64,000 bases of DNA from Fimbriosthenelais zetlandica (lineage: Eukaryota). Below, piece after piece: positions 40,886-53,026 of this stretch. The notes under the pieces were generated by a model. That model did no database searches. It was not told the DNA's origin and saw only the letters and a program-made list of their open reading frames with translations. Within the stretch, counting starts at the first letter, position 1. Every line of letters starts with the position of its first letter. The DNA lies in NCBI GenBank assembly GCA_977030845.1, contig OZ365112.1, positions 11,098,001 through 11,162,000 of the forward strand, read 5' to 3'. The translations under genes and the position numbers were made by a program.

Positions 40886-41840
40886 GTGAGTATTTCTTCA
40901 TTTCATTTATTTTTCGCTCATTACATTTTCCCAATCTGACTGTGCCCTATTATTTCAGAGTCATCCAGTAGTTTTTCTATAGATGTTATCCTTTGTATTT
41001 TCTCCATTTTTTTCTCCATCTTGTTCTATGCCCACACATTGAAACTTAATCCGACAAAACGTCAAACAAATAAGAGATGGCGAAGTATTAGGTAACACCA
41101 CGCGTATAGAACTCGGAGCGGGCTTATTAAAGGCACGAGCTGAACATTAGGTTGGATGAAGTGCTTGTGAGGGACCTTATCTCGTGTTATCCATGCACAT
41201 GCAGCGGAAAGTGATCAGAAAATCCGATTTGTCTCCCACAACTTTTCCATTCCGCACAATTCCCTGCATCATATATCAATTTATTCATGTCTTGTCGCCT
41301 GGGAATTGAGATTTATAATTCAAAGATAGGACTTGATGAATTAGATAGTGTGTAGAGAATGTCATGTTCCCACCCTTTATCTGATTATAGATATGATGAA
41401 AGAGGCGCTCAAGAGTCACTCTCTCTTGAGACATCCTATTTTACACTATTCAGTCTAGTGTTGACAATAATCTATTTTACTTGACAATCTTATTAATTAT
41501 GAAATAGTTGTGACGAATGAAAATTAAATGAGTGTTGAATATTGATTAAAATTATACTGCGAGAACCTGCAGTAGTTTAATTATTCAGTGCATAGTCAAA
41601 TGCATCCATTCTTCACATGGCCTAATTTTGAAATAAGAAACATTTATATTTCCCCAGCCCTTTCATCTGATGTTCCTGCATGTTTTCCCATGCAGTTTGT
41701 GTTTGATTGAAGTATATCTAACAAAATGCCTGATAAATCATCATGAAATGCTTATCTTTGATTAATAACTTGTCATGAGAACCAAGTTGTATGATGCTTG
41801 TATTTAACCTACCAAAACAAGCCTCCCAACAAGCCGGGAA

Positions 41841-41863
41841 ATGCACGGAAAGAAGAACACAAA
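41841..41863 (+). CDS. Candidate short alternative first coding segment (1C: MHGKKNT-K) or internal exon end
   Basis: ATG CAC GGA AAG AAG AAC ACA AA|GTAAGA: strong donor at 41864 in phase 2, matching exons 1A and 1B. It is very short and has upstream ATGs. Confidence 0.3.
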
Positions 41864-44800
41864 GTAAGATTTAATCTGAAATTGCTTGTATTCTATTACA
41901 TGCTTGGAGATCGGGCGCTTAAATAGTTCTCCGGTGCACAATTAACCTTTGCTTTTGTAGCATAACATATGTGCAAGAGATAGCAACACTTCATATCCCT
42001 CTTATTACAATAAGATGAGGCCCAAATCCCATTCCAACAGCTAAATCCGAAGATTTAGAGAGCCTAATTGTGACGTAAGTGAATATTAATTCTATATGAA
42101 GGATATTTCATTATCAACCATGTATTTGCCAATAGTAAGTCTACTGTTGGCTTAGCACATTTACCTGTGGGTATGTAATATAAGCCCATAGACGTTCAAC
42201 TATTGATTATTGTTGCGCATCTTCCTTGTGAAACAACCCCTTGATACCCCTGTTCCAAGCAGGAAACAAGCAAGAGTTTAGAAAGCTTCATTGATGAATG
42301 AGCGGCCTGAGGGGAGAGGCCTGAAAATTAGGTTTTGTTTCTTGTAAGTAGAGGCTTTAAAGTTACGTATCGCTCCCGTAGTTGATCTAGTGGGAGTCTG
42401 TAGTGGGCATGTACGCTGGTAAACTGCCATGGGCATCTACTACCCCGTCCGTAGTCTCAAGCGTGCGGGGGCTGGTTCAGAAAAAATAATCATCACCATA
42501 CTCCCTCCCACTGTCTATTTCGTTTGTGTAATGATCACTATGCATTATTGATTCAATATATTTTATACATATAATAGTGACCATCACTGTTTTAAAGATT
42601 TAATCAATTTGTAACAATTTTACCCAGAGTGGTTGATTAATTTTTTAACCTGCCCTGTTGGTGCATGGGTGGGTAAGAGAATGGAGGGGTATACATGGAA
42701 GGAGAGTGATCATAGAGAATCCAGGGCTGGGGGGTAATGCCTACCTACAAAGCATATTGGCTTAAGATCAGGATGTCCGCATGAGGTTTTTGCTTTTACT
42801 CATGCAAGATTGCAGCATGAAAGATTGCAGCATGAAAGGCAGGATCTTTATATGTAGGTGGTATTTAGCATCTGATATATGGGGAAAGTAAATCATGTTT
42901 ATGGCTGTGTTGGTGATAAGAGGTTGAGACGATGTTGGGTAGTTTGATACCCGGGGCAGCCTGTAGTGAAAGGTGGACTGTATTAGACCATATCTAATTA
43001 ATAATAAAGGGCATATTCGCTATCGCCCTAGGACAATGCCATGATCGAAATTGTTCTATAAATGAATGAATGATTGGATTGCCAAGCTTGGAGACGGTGT
43101 TTGGCGAAGATTGCATTAACAGCACTTAGTGGAAATTGATCTTTAAGTAATAAAATCAACACGTCTGGCCGGTAGAATGGATGTATTTTATCGCCACCTC
43201 GATGACACATATTCACAAAGTCTCCCTGGGAAATTACTTGGATTGCACGAGCACTTTCCCCTGGGAAATCTGCAAATGCTTTTAAATATTTACTGTAGGG
43301 AAGAGATGGCTGCATGAGGACTAGAGGTGAAGAATGCTTGATTCTACTTAAACAATTACTAATTACTTTATTGTAACTTAGTTGGTTACGATAATATATG
43401 TGATTACTAGTCTATAACATTTATTCCAATTTTAATCAAATTGGACCGGTTGGAATAAATTTACATGAAATTAAAAATCCTATGAAATTACTTTTAAAAA
43501 TAAACGGCAGGAAATATGATTCCTTTTATAAGCCTCCATAATGTCGCCACACAAAAAAAAATCTGGTGGATTATCTTTCTCATCTCCAAGCATGTAATGA
43601 GTCCGATTTCAATCATCTCTTGTTCCATGTCGCCTCTCCCCGCATTAAGTGCCTACCAAGCCTACTCAGTATTCTTACATTTTAATTTTTTTAAGTATCC
43701 AGCATGAACCATGCGAGAATACATCACATTCACATAATTGTGCATTAGGGCTTGCAATCATAAACGCGCAGATAAAGCCGGCCATCGATTAGAGGCCACT
43801 ATATGCCTCAGTGTTAAAAGCCCATAATGTACGATGCCTCACAACACTAGGATCCTCCCTGGAGATCAATGCAGCACATGTAATTTTTCTCGGAAAATTC
43901 ATTACACTCCTCTGTCGTCCACTCTCCTGAATAATGTCTTTCAAACGGTTTGATTTATTTTTTTCTAAAGGCCACCTTTAAAATGCTCTTTTCTGTGGTT
44001 TCCTTTGAAAATCCACTCTTTCCGATTGCTTGCCTCCTTCAGGGGTTGGTATAATAACAAATATGAGCCACTTTAACGCGTAGGAATACCACATGCTATT
44101 GAATCGTGGAGGGTTCTCTATACACTGAAAAAAGTGGCTGACAGTTGGTATTTGCCCACCACCTCTATTAGCACCAATTGCCCGTGAGTGTATACCCCGC
44201 CAATATGTATATTAGACCGCCACAATATTAGGCACGTTCCGACGGAGAACAAGCTCCATTCACTGCCTCTGACTGAGCAGCTCTCTGCCAGAGCAAATGT
44301 TGGAGCGTATACAATGAGCTTTTAGATGTGATATACTCCTATGGCATTCCCTCCATGTATGTTATCTTCGATCATCCATCAACTTCTCTTTTCCCCTTAA
44401 CTTTTTCTCTTTCATTCTTCGTAGTGAAAGAATCTATGAATGTACGTGTTTGCATAGGAAGACACACAACATTTTTTCTACAATGATTTAGCAATTTTTG
44501 TTCTGAGACAAACCCCACTATGGTATTGTTGAGCTCCTCCTCTCTACCATTGTACACGTTAGACCAGATTCAGCTTTTAAAGAAAGACATACAATGCTTC
44601 ATTTTTCTCGTCCAATAATTGAACTAATTCTGAAAGAATTTACTGTGCTGTGTTGCTGGCTTTATGTTATAATAAAAATATAGGAACTGAATCTAAATGT
44701 AGCTTTGGGATTTCATTAGATATGACTTATGGTTTGGAATTATTTATTGCTTAACGCAAAGAAAGCAGATCATTATATTCGGAATAATGTTTATGTTTTC

Positions 44801-46472
44801 ATCATTAAATTTTATTTTATCTATACATGTAACTCCATTATATTGTCTATGCCATATGTTATTACATATGGTACAACATTGCGTGTCTGTATTCTGGTTT
44901 ACAAAAATACGCTTTTATGTATGTACATAGGGAATGTTAACTCTTGTTCGGTTTGGTTTTATTGGCCTTTAACACCGCAGCAATATCAAGGGTCATATCG
45001 CTCTTCTCTATAGTTCTTTCTTGCCCTTAATTTCCAATATACTGGAAAACCCGCCTGCTGTAATTGACCCCGCGTTTATCAGGGGAAAAATGAAATTCCT
45101 AAATTGACCCTACTACAGTACTAGAGCCTGAGATGATATACCTTTAAGGTATATTTTGATTATTGTGTAAAGTAGCCCTGGGATCATACATACACGTCCA
45201 TTCCTATTAGTTTCAACATAGGGCGAAAACCGATATCAACAGAGTTTGTCCTTCAGGCTGATAAATGCCATCACATTTGGGATCTATAATACAATCCATA
45301 TGGCTGTTTCAAAAAAAATATAATATTACATTGGTTAACTTACACTAGAACTTAAAATAGAGCATTTGTAGTACATGGAAGAATCCTTTGCTCGCCAATT
45401 CAAGGCATTGTGATGTTTTATAAACAAAACTGTTCCGCATTTGCCAAATAGCTTATAGTCTATACATATTTTTCTGTAACAGTTTCGTGTTTGTTCAGTT
45501 CGGGATTGCTTAATATCTATTAGTGGCCACAAACTCGAATTCAATGTAACGTGAGATATAAAAATGTAGGGAAAGTCTGCAAGATAAAATACATAAATTA
45601 TCGAGCGAGGATTTTGTCCAGTACTAATCAAAGATCCACACTGTGTTTGCCTCATTATCTCTTGTAGAGACGGATTATGGGCTTCGTTAGGATTAATTAA
45701 TCTTCTCTCAAAAGTATCACGTTTACTTCTGGCCATTAGGATATCCCCCTTAACGAACAGACAACATGGCAACTTTACTCATGAAATATTTCCAATAACA
45801 CCTTTTTTCCTTTTTCTAAAGTATATTTTGGATATTTTCTTCTTTCCCACTACTCCTGCCACCTGTTATATATTGTTAGATTACATTCACGTTCCCAGTT
45901 TCTTTTGATTACTTAAATGACTTTCTTCTCATAATACCTTCCCCCACTTCCCATATTCCTTCTTCGCTTGTTCAGTTATATTCCTTGAGACTATTACATG
46001 CATTCATCTCCATATCGATATAGAACACACATAGAAAATCTCATGGGAATAGAAAGCCATCTTCCCAAGTACAGTGCAATCTTTGTCAAGGAATAAAATC
46101 TCTTCTAATACTGCTGCAAATCTTTTAGAACATAATGCTGACAAAATGGATCTGATGTTAGGAAACATAACATCAAACGTTTGAAATCCTCAGGTGCGGT
46201 TTTTGAGTGAAAGGTATTAGAAGTGTTGGCTCATGTAACGTCTCTCCTAACACATGCTCTTCCTCTCCTATTCTACCAGCCATGAGACTCATCCCCTGTG
46301 TTTACCTATCAATCGATGATACCAACAAAGTATGGCTCTAGTTGCCAGGGGGACAGCAATCAATGGATTCCCAGGGTAGCGAGGTATGAGTATTGACACA
46401 ATGACAGCTTGTTCCCTGCTTGTCTTCTCACCACTATCACCTGTACCAGAGCCGACAGGTAGTGTTACAGGT

Positions 46473-46830
46473 GGGCCTCTTACACCTTCAATGTGGCAAA
46501 TCTCTGGGCCTCTTACTTGTGCATCCTCAATATAACCCTTGCCGATCTATGGGTCTCGTATACCCTAAATATTACAACCCTGGCAAATCCCACGGCCGCT
46601 TACACCTTCAATATAAAATCCTTGCAAATGTCTGGGTCCGTTACTCCTTCAATGCCTGACCCTGGCAAATCTCTGGGTCCCTTACTCCTTCAATGTCTGA
46701 CCCTGGCAAATCTCTGGGTCCCTTACTCTTTCAATGTCTGACCCTGGCAAATCTTTGTGCCCCTTACTAGGCTACTACTTCAATATAATTATGACACATC
46801 TCGGGACTCCTTACGCCTTCAAGAAACATT
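46473..46830. repeat. 41-bp minisatellite, about 8 degenerate copies
   Basis: Unit GACCCTGGCAAATCTCTGGGTCCCTTACTCCTTCAATGTCT starts at 46658, 46699 and 46740 (period 41), with more diverged copies on either side. Confidence 0.9.
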
Positions 46831-47689
46831 GGAAAATCTACTCTATTCCCATAGAGTTTGGGCATTCTCAGATATAGAACATTGACTATTGTAGTGCAAA
46901 ATTTCCCCTAGAAAGGCTGCTGTTGTTCCTCTCCAGATGGAGCAAGTGTTGTGCTACTGATACAGTAAACCTGGGGGAGCCACTGAAGTGAGAGGTTAGT
47001 GAGCATGGTAGGCAATTGGTGGCAGCATTGTGCTGGAGCAGCTCATGTGATTCCACCAAGTGTTGGTAAAGAGAAGCTCAAGACCAACTCAGATTATGCT
47101 ACCTGGTCTTTTGCCTTCATAACTTCTCAGTTGGTATTTCTATATATATGATACTTAAAGTTGTTAATATGATGAAAACATTGGTCTCGATTGGACGTGG
47201 TCTAATGGCGAATTTATGCATTTATATACCAAATATAACAAAGTTGATTCTATATTTTCCTTTAGATCTGACCCCCATGCAGTGGTTCCACGATTATGAA
47301 TGTCCATATTATAATTATTTGTGAAGCCAATTTCTTAAAGAATTCTTTCGTAGTTCTAAGGAACCTCTTTTAAAACGGCTTTTTGTCTTTACAAACCCAC
47401 CCCCGCAGCAACAAGCTTTAGTGACCAGCCATATATTGTTGAAGTACATTTTCCTGTGCGCAATCTTGGTCCAGTCCCAGGAGAGTCTCTTGATGGCTGG
47501 TGTCTTCTCGCGAGCTGCTCACGTTGAGCTCGGAGAGGCTTGCTGCTGTCAGCCTTTGTCTTAGCTTGTTACAAAGCTTGTCTATCCACCTTTAATGGAT
47601 GACACTTGTAACTTGCTTGTAGGAGTTCATCATGCCCTCTGCCTACTGTTATTAGCCTACCAGCTTCTCCATATGAAGGTGGCCAGATA

Positions 47690-47860
47690 GGTGGGTGAGT
47701 GAGAGATTGGGTTGGTGAGTGAGTAAGGGTGGGAAGATCATATAATGAGTGAAAGGGTGATGAGTGAGTGAATGAATGAGTAGGTGACTAAGAGAAGGAG
47801 TGAGTGAATGAATGAGTAGGTGAATAAGAGAAGGAGTGAGTGAATGAAGGAGTGAGTGTT
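47690..47860. repeat. (GAGT/GAAT)n-rich simple repeat with a 36-bp duplicated unit
   Basis: GAGTGAGTGAATGAATGAGTAGGTGA(C/A)TAAGAGAAG occurs twice within a purine-rich tract. Confidence 0.8.
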
Positions 47861-48128
47861 GGGCGACTATTTTCTATGGCATGACTATGGGTATTTCAAG
47901 ATGAAAGAATGAATGAAAATATGCCTAATATAAATGAATGAATGACTAATCGAGTTGGTTCCAGCAGAGCGCAGAAAGGCTTAATAGTCTGCCCATCTAG
48001 GCAAGTATGAGTTTAGGATTTACATGCTAATTGGGAAAATATCATCTCCAGCATCCAGGGGTTGGTCACATGCCGGGGTAGGGAGGTAAGGTGGTTAGTG
48101 GAGACGCCCTGGTTGAGCTACTGATACA

Positions 48129-48186
48129 GGGTGGTGGTGGTGGTGAGTGGTGGTGGTGCTTGTGGTGGTGTTAGTGGGTGGTGGTA
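48129..48186. repeat. Degenerate (GGT)n trinucleotide repeat
   Basis: Directly visible. Confidence 0.8.
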
Positions 48187-49537
48187 GGGCATTGCATCCC
48201 GCCACTATCTCTCCTGAAGAAGCAGGAGGAGGAGGTACCTGGTCAACCACCTGTTTACACATCTATTGTTCCCACCTGTTGACGCTCCCACATGGCCATC
48301 CGAACCCCAGGATTCACTCTAGGCCTAAATCTTTTTACTTCTGTCTCCAAATCTTGGCTCAATGCTCAGCAGTGGAGTCATAACCATACATTCCAGCAGT
48401 ATTCCACAATATCAGGTATCTGAAATTCATAAACTGCAAGTATTCCGCGGCATTTTATTTTGAAAAATTCCAAATCAATAGTTTATTGGATTCTTCATGC
48501 TTCAATGTACCATAAACAATGAGGCTAAACTTAGTCGCTCAATGAATATTGTGGATACTAATACATTAATGTCAGAATGGATGGCTAGGTTAATATTTTA
48601 ACACATGTGAGCACCAGACATTCGCGGAATGGAGTTCCATGTCATGTTGTGTACCTGATTCCATGTGAGGGGAATATTGGTCAACATTCCCACGATTCCT
48701 CCCTCTGTGTCAAGGACGAAAGATAATATTTACTATACTATAGTGGACCAACTAAAACTCAACATAAAGGATCCAGTTTCTATTTACATGGACCGGGATA
48801 TATATGTATAATATAACACCACTTCTTTGGGATTTGTCTATACATGAGGCAACAGGTGCTTCGGGATAGGAAACCCATATAAAATGTGATACATGAACTG
48901 TTACGTAGTTCTTCAAGGGCTTAGCAATGAATTAAGTTGGATAGAAGGGGAGAGGTAGCAAATACGAGCCTATTCTGACAGGGTTCTATGTCAAGGTTAA
49001 TTATCTAACTGTATGTCGCGGACGAGTGGTGTATGGATGGAGTCACTTCCCATATACCCACTGACTCATGTGGAGTAATAGTCCTTGACTGCTATGGAGT
49101 TAGGGTGAATCCAAGAAGGGAGTGGAGGATAAGGTGGCGGTGCTGAAGTAGACCTAAATGCTCGGTGGTGACTCGCTTTACCTGTACTGGCATAATGGAG
49201 GTAATGGCTCAGACATGGGTGTGGTCAAGATGCAGTGTGGTGCTTTTGAAGACACCATCACACACATGTGAGCAGTTCAATTCATAAAGACCAGACCCAG
49301 AGCTACAGACAGAGTCAGTCAACCCAACATCGACTGCTGACACCTTCTATCCAGGTCATGCATGACATTTTTCAGTATTGAATGACATTTCTAACCCTGA
49401 TTTTCCTCAGACACATCTGTTGAAAGTGACATGTTGAAAAGTGAACAGGAAGAATCAGTTGTAAAGTTGAATCAACAGTTGCTATTCAACAACAGGTGGG
49501 TGAGGAGGACTGTCTGGGCTGATGAGCAATCCTCATC

Positions 49538-49614
49538 TGCTTAATCCATCCCAGGATTAGCTGAATCCCTACTGAACCCTCCCAAGGGAGTAATCCTCGC
49601 GAATGGATTAAGCA
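49538..49614. other. Imperfect inverted repeat (about 24-bp arms) 35 nt upstream of the exon 1B ATG
   Basis: TGCTTAATCCATCCCAGGATTA ... TAATCCTCGCGAATGGATTAAGCA. Confidence 0.7.
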
Positions 49615-49649
49615 TCACCAGTTGCACAAACAAATTTTAATCTGCTACC

Positions 49650-49972
49650 ATGGAAAAGGCTGGATTAGCTCTTCCAGAGTGGGCCCAGAAGGTACGGAGG
49701 AGGTCCTTCTGTACAAGCCCGGTCAAACTTGATTCCGGATCCAGAAAATCCTCCTTGAGTGAACCTCCACGAACCGAAGAAAGGAGGAAAAGTGCCAGTG
49801 ACCTACCGAAAGGAGTATCACTCGATGCCGGAAGTGGCATTAGGAGACCGTCTATATATATCACTATACCAGATTCCTTTCCTCTGACCCGGAAGAAATC
49901 TGTCTCAGACGGGTCGCCGAAAAGTCCCTCCCGGAAAGATTCAGTCAGCTCAGAGCCTGATCAGGGACCAAG
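49650..49972 (+). CDS. Alternative first coding exon (1B); Ser/Arg/Lys-rich disordered N-terminus with multiple PKA-type sites
   Basis: Kozak-like accATGG, GC-rich 107-codon frame (MEKAGLALPEWAQKVRRRSF...SEPDQGPR) and strong donor AG|GTGAGT at 49973 (phase 2). Confidence 0.75.
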
Positions 49973-52307
49973 GTGAGTGAGATTAGGTCCTAATTTACCC
50001 TCCGTGTCGACATAGCCTTTAGACGACATCACCCCAGAGAATCACTGTGAATTACTAAGCTATCACTCCAATTTATAATACCTTTTGTTATAATAACCAA
50101 TAATAAGTGTGGGGGATGGCATGTATCTTTGATTTAACTGTACTCATTCCTTGACACACAATATGTTGAGTTATTATTATGAATGCAATCCAATATTCTA
50201 ACTCAAATCGGATGTTTTATGAAGCGTTCCTAGGATGTCATCAGAGGTCCTCAAATAACCCACATACTGACTGAGCAATGCCCCCAATGATGAATTGAAT
50301 ACTGGCGGTGATTGAGGGATAGAGTTTCCTTTAAGAAGCAGGATTATAGTCAATATGCAGGTGTTCTATGGTTACCAGGGATAAAGGAGGTCATCTGAGT
50401 TGACGTTGATGACAATGACATGGTGGATTCAGGTTAACTTGAGAATCCTCTCCTCTTTTTCAGCTCAAGACTTGTAGACCTAATGACCTGGTTTCACCTC
50501 CATGCAGGCATGCATTGCTTAACAAAAATCCCTCTAATTGGCCCATATTGTCCCTTTTATACTATCCCATTGTTCCTTTGTTACTCTCTCATTCTCATTT
50601 CTCCCCTTCCTCATATAGTGCCTTAGTGGCCATTATCCCTTCGTCATATTTTCCCATTCTCCCTCTCTTATATTGTCCAATTTTCCCCTCAAATTTTCCA
50701 TATTTCCCTGATCTTTCCACCAAATAAGTTGGCCAAATACTAAATGTAATTGTCTGTATAACGAGATCCCAAATTGGTACTTTGCTCGTGTTTCAAAAGG
50801 TGGAATCTTTCAACATAGCGCCGACTTCGAGTGAATAGAACCTGATGGTAAGGTTCCGGTAAATATGCTGTCCACAGAGAAAGGACCTTCGTCTGGTTTG
50901 CGGACAGAGAGGAATACCACCAGAGGGGACCGCTCCTGTAGCTCTATGTAGGATCGAGATAACCAGATCTGGATGTTGTCTGGGCTCCATTTCTGTTTTA
51001 TCTTAGTCAGTCGGATGAAAAATTGAGTTAGAAATGGCATACAAATTCCAAAGGTCTGGTGCTGTATCATCCCCTGCGACCAGGAAGGTCCGCGGTTTTA
51101 TTCAACACTGAAAGAGTCGTGAGCTCTCAGATAATATAGATTGCGATAAAGTCACTCAATTTGAAAATCTTCCATGCATATTTTAAAGCGCAGAACTAAT
51201 TTCATATTGATATAAATTGCTGCTCAGAACCCACATTCCACCTTTAGAAATACCATGGAATCTGATGCAAACACATTCACAAGTTCTGCCTGATTGTGTC
51301 TAGAGTGAATCGTTCAAAGTATAACGTTTTTACGTAAGACCAGACCCTTTAGGGATGTTGGAAGTTGGAGTACGACCTACCTTTTAGCACAATGAAACTT
51401 GTTAATTTCATTTTCCAAAGGCAGAACCTTGATTAAAGATGCCGTAAGAACATCACCGATTATTAGACTAAAATCTGTCATAACCAGATATAATCTATCA
51501 TACACGCTCCACATGCACTCAAGGTGTTGCATAATACAGAATTGCACCTGAAATCTGTTGCCTCCCACAGATATCCTACACCATTCATAAGTAGATGCTT
51601 TCATATGGAGGTAGGGGAATGGAGGGCTACGTAAGAAGGCAGTAGCTCTCGGGTGGGGCAAGCATATGATGGTAATGATAATGACACATAAAAGAGAGAT
51701 TGCATGTTAAAACAGCGCCCTAGGGCTACTATAGACTTGAGGGCAGGTCCGTTCTCCACTATAGCAGTGTATACGTGATCATGCCTCGTCACATAGTCTG
51801 TAATAAGGCTAATGGTGATGTACCCTCAACATAACGTGTCTTCTTCTCCGCCGGAAACTCTAACCCTGAAGTCTTTTCTCCACCTCAGGCTACAGGTACA
51901 AGCCCAGTCCCTCAATTGTATCCCTATGCTGAGGCATATTGAATATCACCCAAGTTTGCTGCTGACAGATAATACGCGCTCTTATCAGATTGCAATGGCA
52001 TATTGCAGAAATGTAGGGCAAAGAAGGGGTGAGTTAGGGTCAGCTAACGTATGGTTCCCCACTCTGATGAAGTTTCAGTTATTGAGTTCATCCCCTTAGA
52101 TTGAACACGAACAGAGATCAGTTTTCAAGGGAGGACTCCGCAATGTTTTCAGATTGCCTCATGAGTGAATAATAACCATTGGAATGGGAGCCTATGCATT
52201 TTCAATAATAAAAGATTGCTCCAATAAAATAAAAGATTGCACCAATAAAATGTATCTGATGACCTACAAATGACCTCAGAATAAAATATACTCCATTCTG
52301 CATATAG

Positions 52308-52357
52308 GACGTTGCATAAACTTGCGAAACATGTTAATGAACAGCTTGCAGAATCTG
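52308..52357 (+). CDS. Candidate shared internal coding exon ([R/Q]TLHKLAKHVNEQLAES)
   Basis: Acceptor ctccattctgcatatag|G and strong donor TCTG|GTGAGT at 52358. It is open when entered in phase 2 (matching all three upstream donors) and exits in phase 1. The phase-1 reading (RCINLRNMLMNSLQNL) is also open, so the frame is inferred. Confidence 0.6.
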
Positions 52358-52841
52358 GTGAGTATCATGCATTTTCATCGAATTCTGCAAGTTGTTCGCT
52401 TGAAAATCTTGTTCCGTGAGCTTGATATCATATTGTAAAGTCACAAGTAAGATAGTAGATTTTATTAACAGAGCTTCGAATGGAGGTATTACTGCACTAA
52501 TCTTTTATATTAATGGTCTGTTTAATTATGGCATTCACCATGCCCAGATAATGCTCATAAGGTAGATAAGGAAGGTGCATGGATATATCCAGGATTCCCA
52601 CGCTGGTTATCTATGGGTTCTTTTGTGATGTAGGTGAAGTATTAGGGATATAAGGATAGCTATCTGAATTACTGTGGATTGGATGATAGATGCACAAGGG
52701 CCGTGTTCTCATCGAAGGGATTTAAGAGACAAGTATCCCATATATATTGACATGTATAGTGATAAGAGATTTAGCTTTGTTCCTTTATGAGATGGATTAT
52801 GTGTCTGAACCAAATAAAAGCAGGCCTGATTCCTCTCCCAG

Positions 52842-53026
52842 ATACACTTGGCCACCAACATCCAAAGGGTGCACATCTTGCTGGGAGAGGAACAGGAGAG
52901 AGAGACTTCAATGACTGTGTTATTGTTGTCCCATTGAGGAAGACTTGGGCTGGCCACAGTATTGCATGTAGGTACATGCATGATGCCAGCGAGGTTGGAG
53001 GATTGATGATCCTAGGTAGAGGATCG
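52842..53026 (+). CDS. Candidate downstream exon (DTLGHQHPKG...GHSIACRYMHDASEVGGLMILGRGS)
   Basis: Acceptor ttcctctcccag|AT is phase-1 compatible with 52357; donor TCG|GTATGA at 53027; open frame (track ORF 52787-53032). No family recognised. Confidence 0.3.

Noticed and set aside
45335-45772. 145-aa minus-strand ORF
   Set aside because: No recognisable motif or splice support, and its length is compatible with chance.
46473-46830. Regularly spaced repeats as a CRISPR array
   Set aside because: The units are head-to-tail with no unique spacers and the context is eukaryotic; it is a minisatellite.
50464-50507. Exon after the strong acceptor tcctctttttcag (SSRLVDLMTWFHLHA)
   Set aside because: Only a weak GC donor is available and its phase would not join 52308; unsupported, though not excluded.
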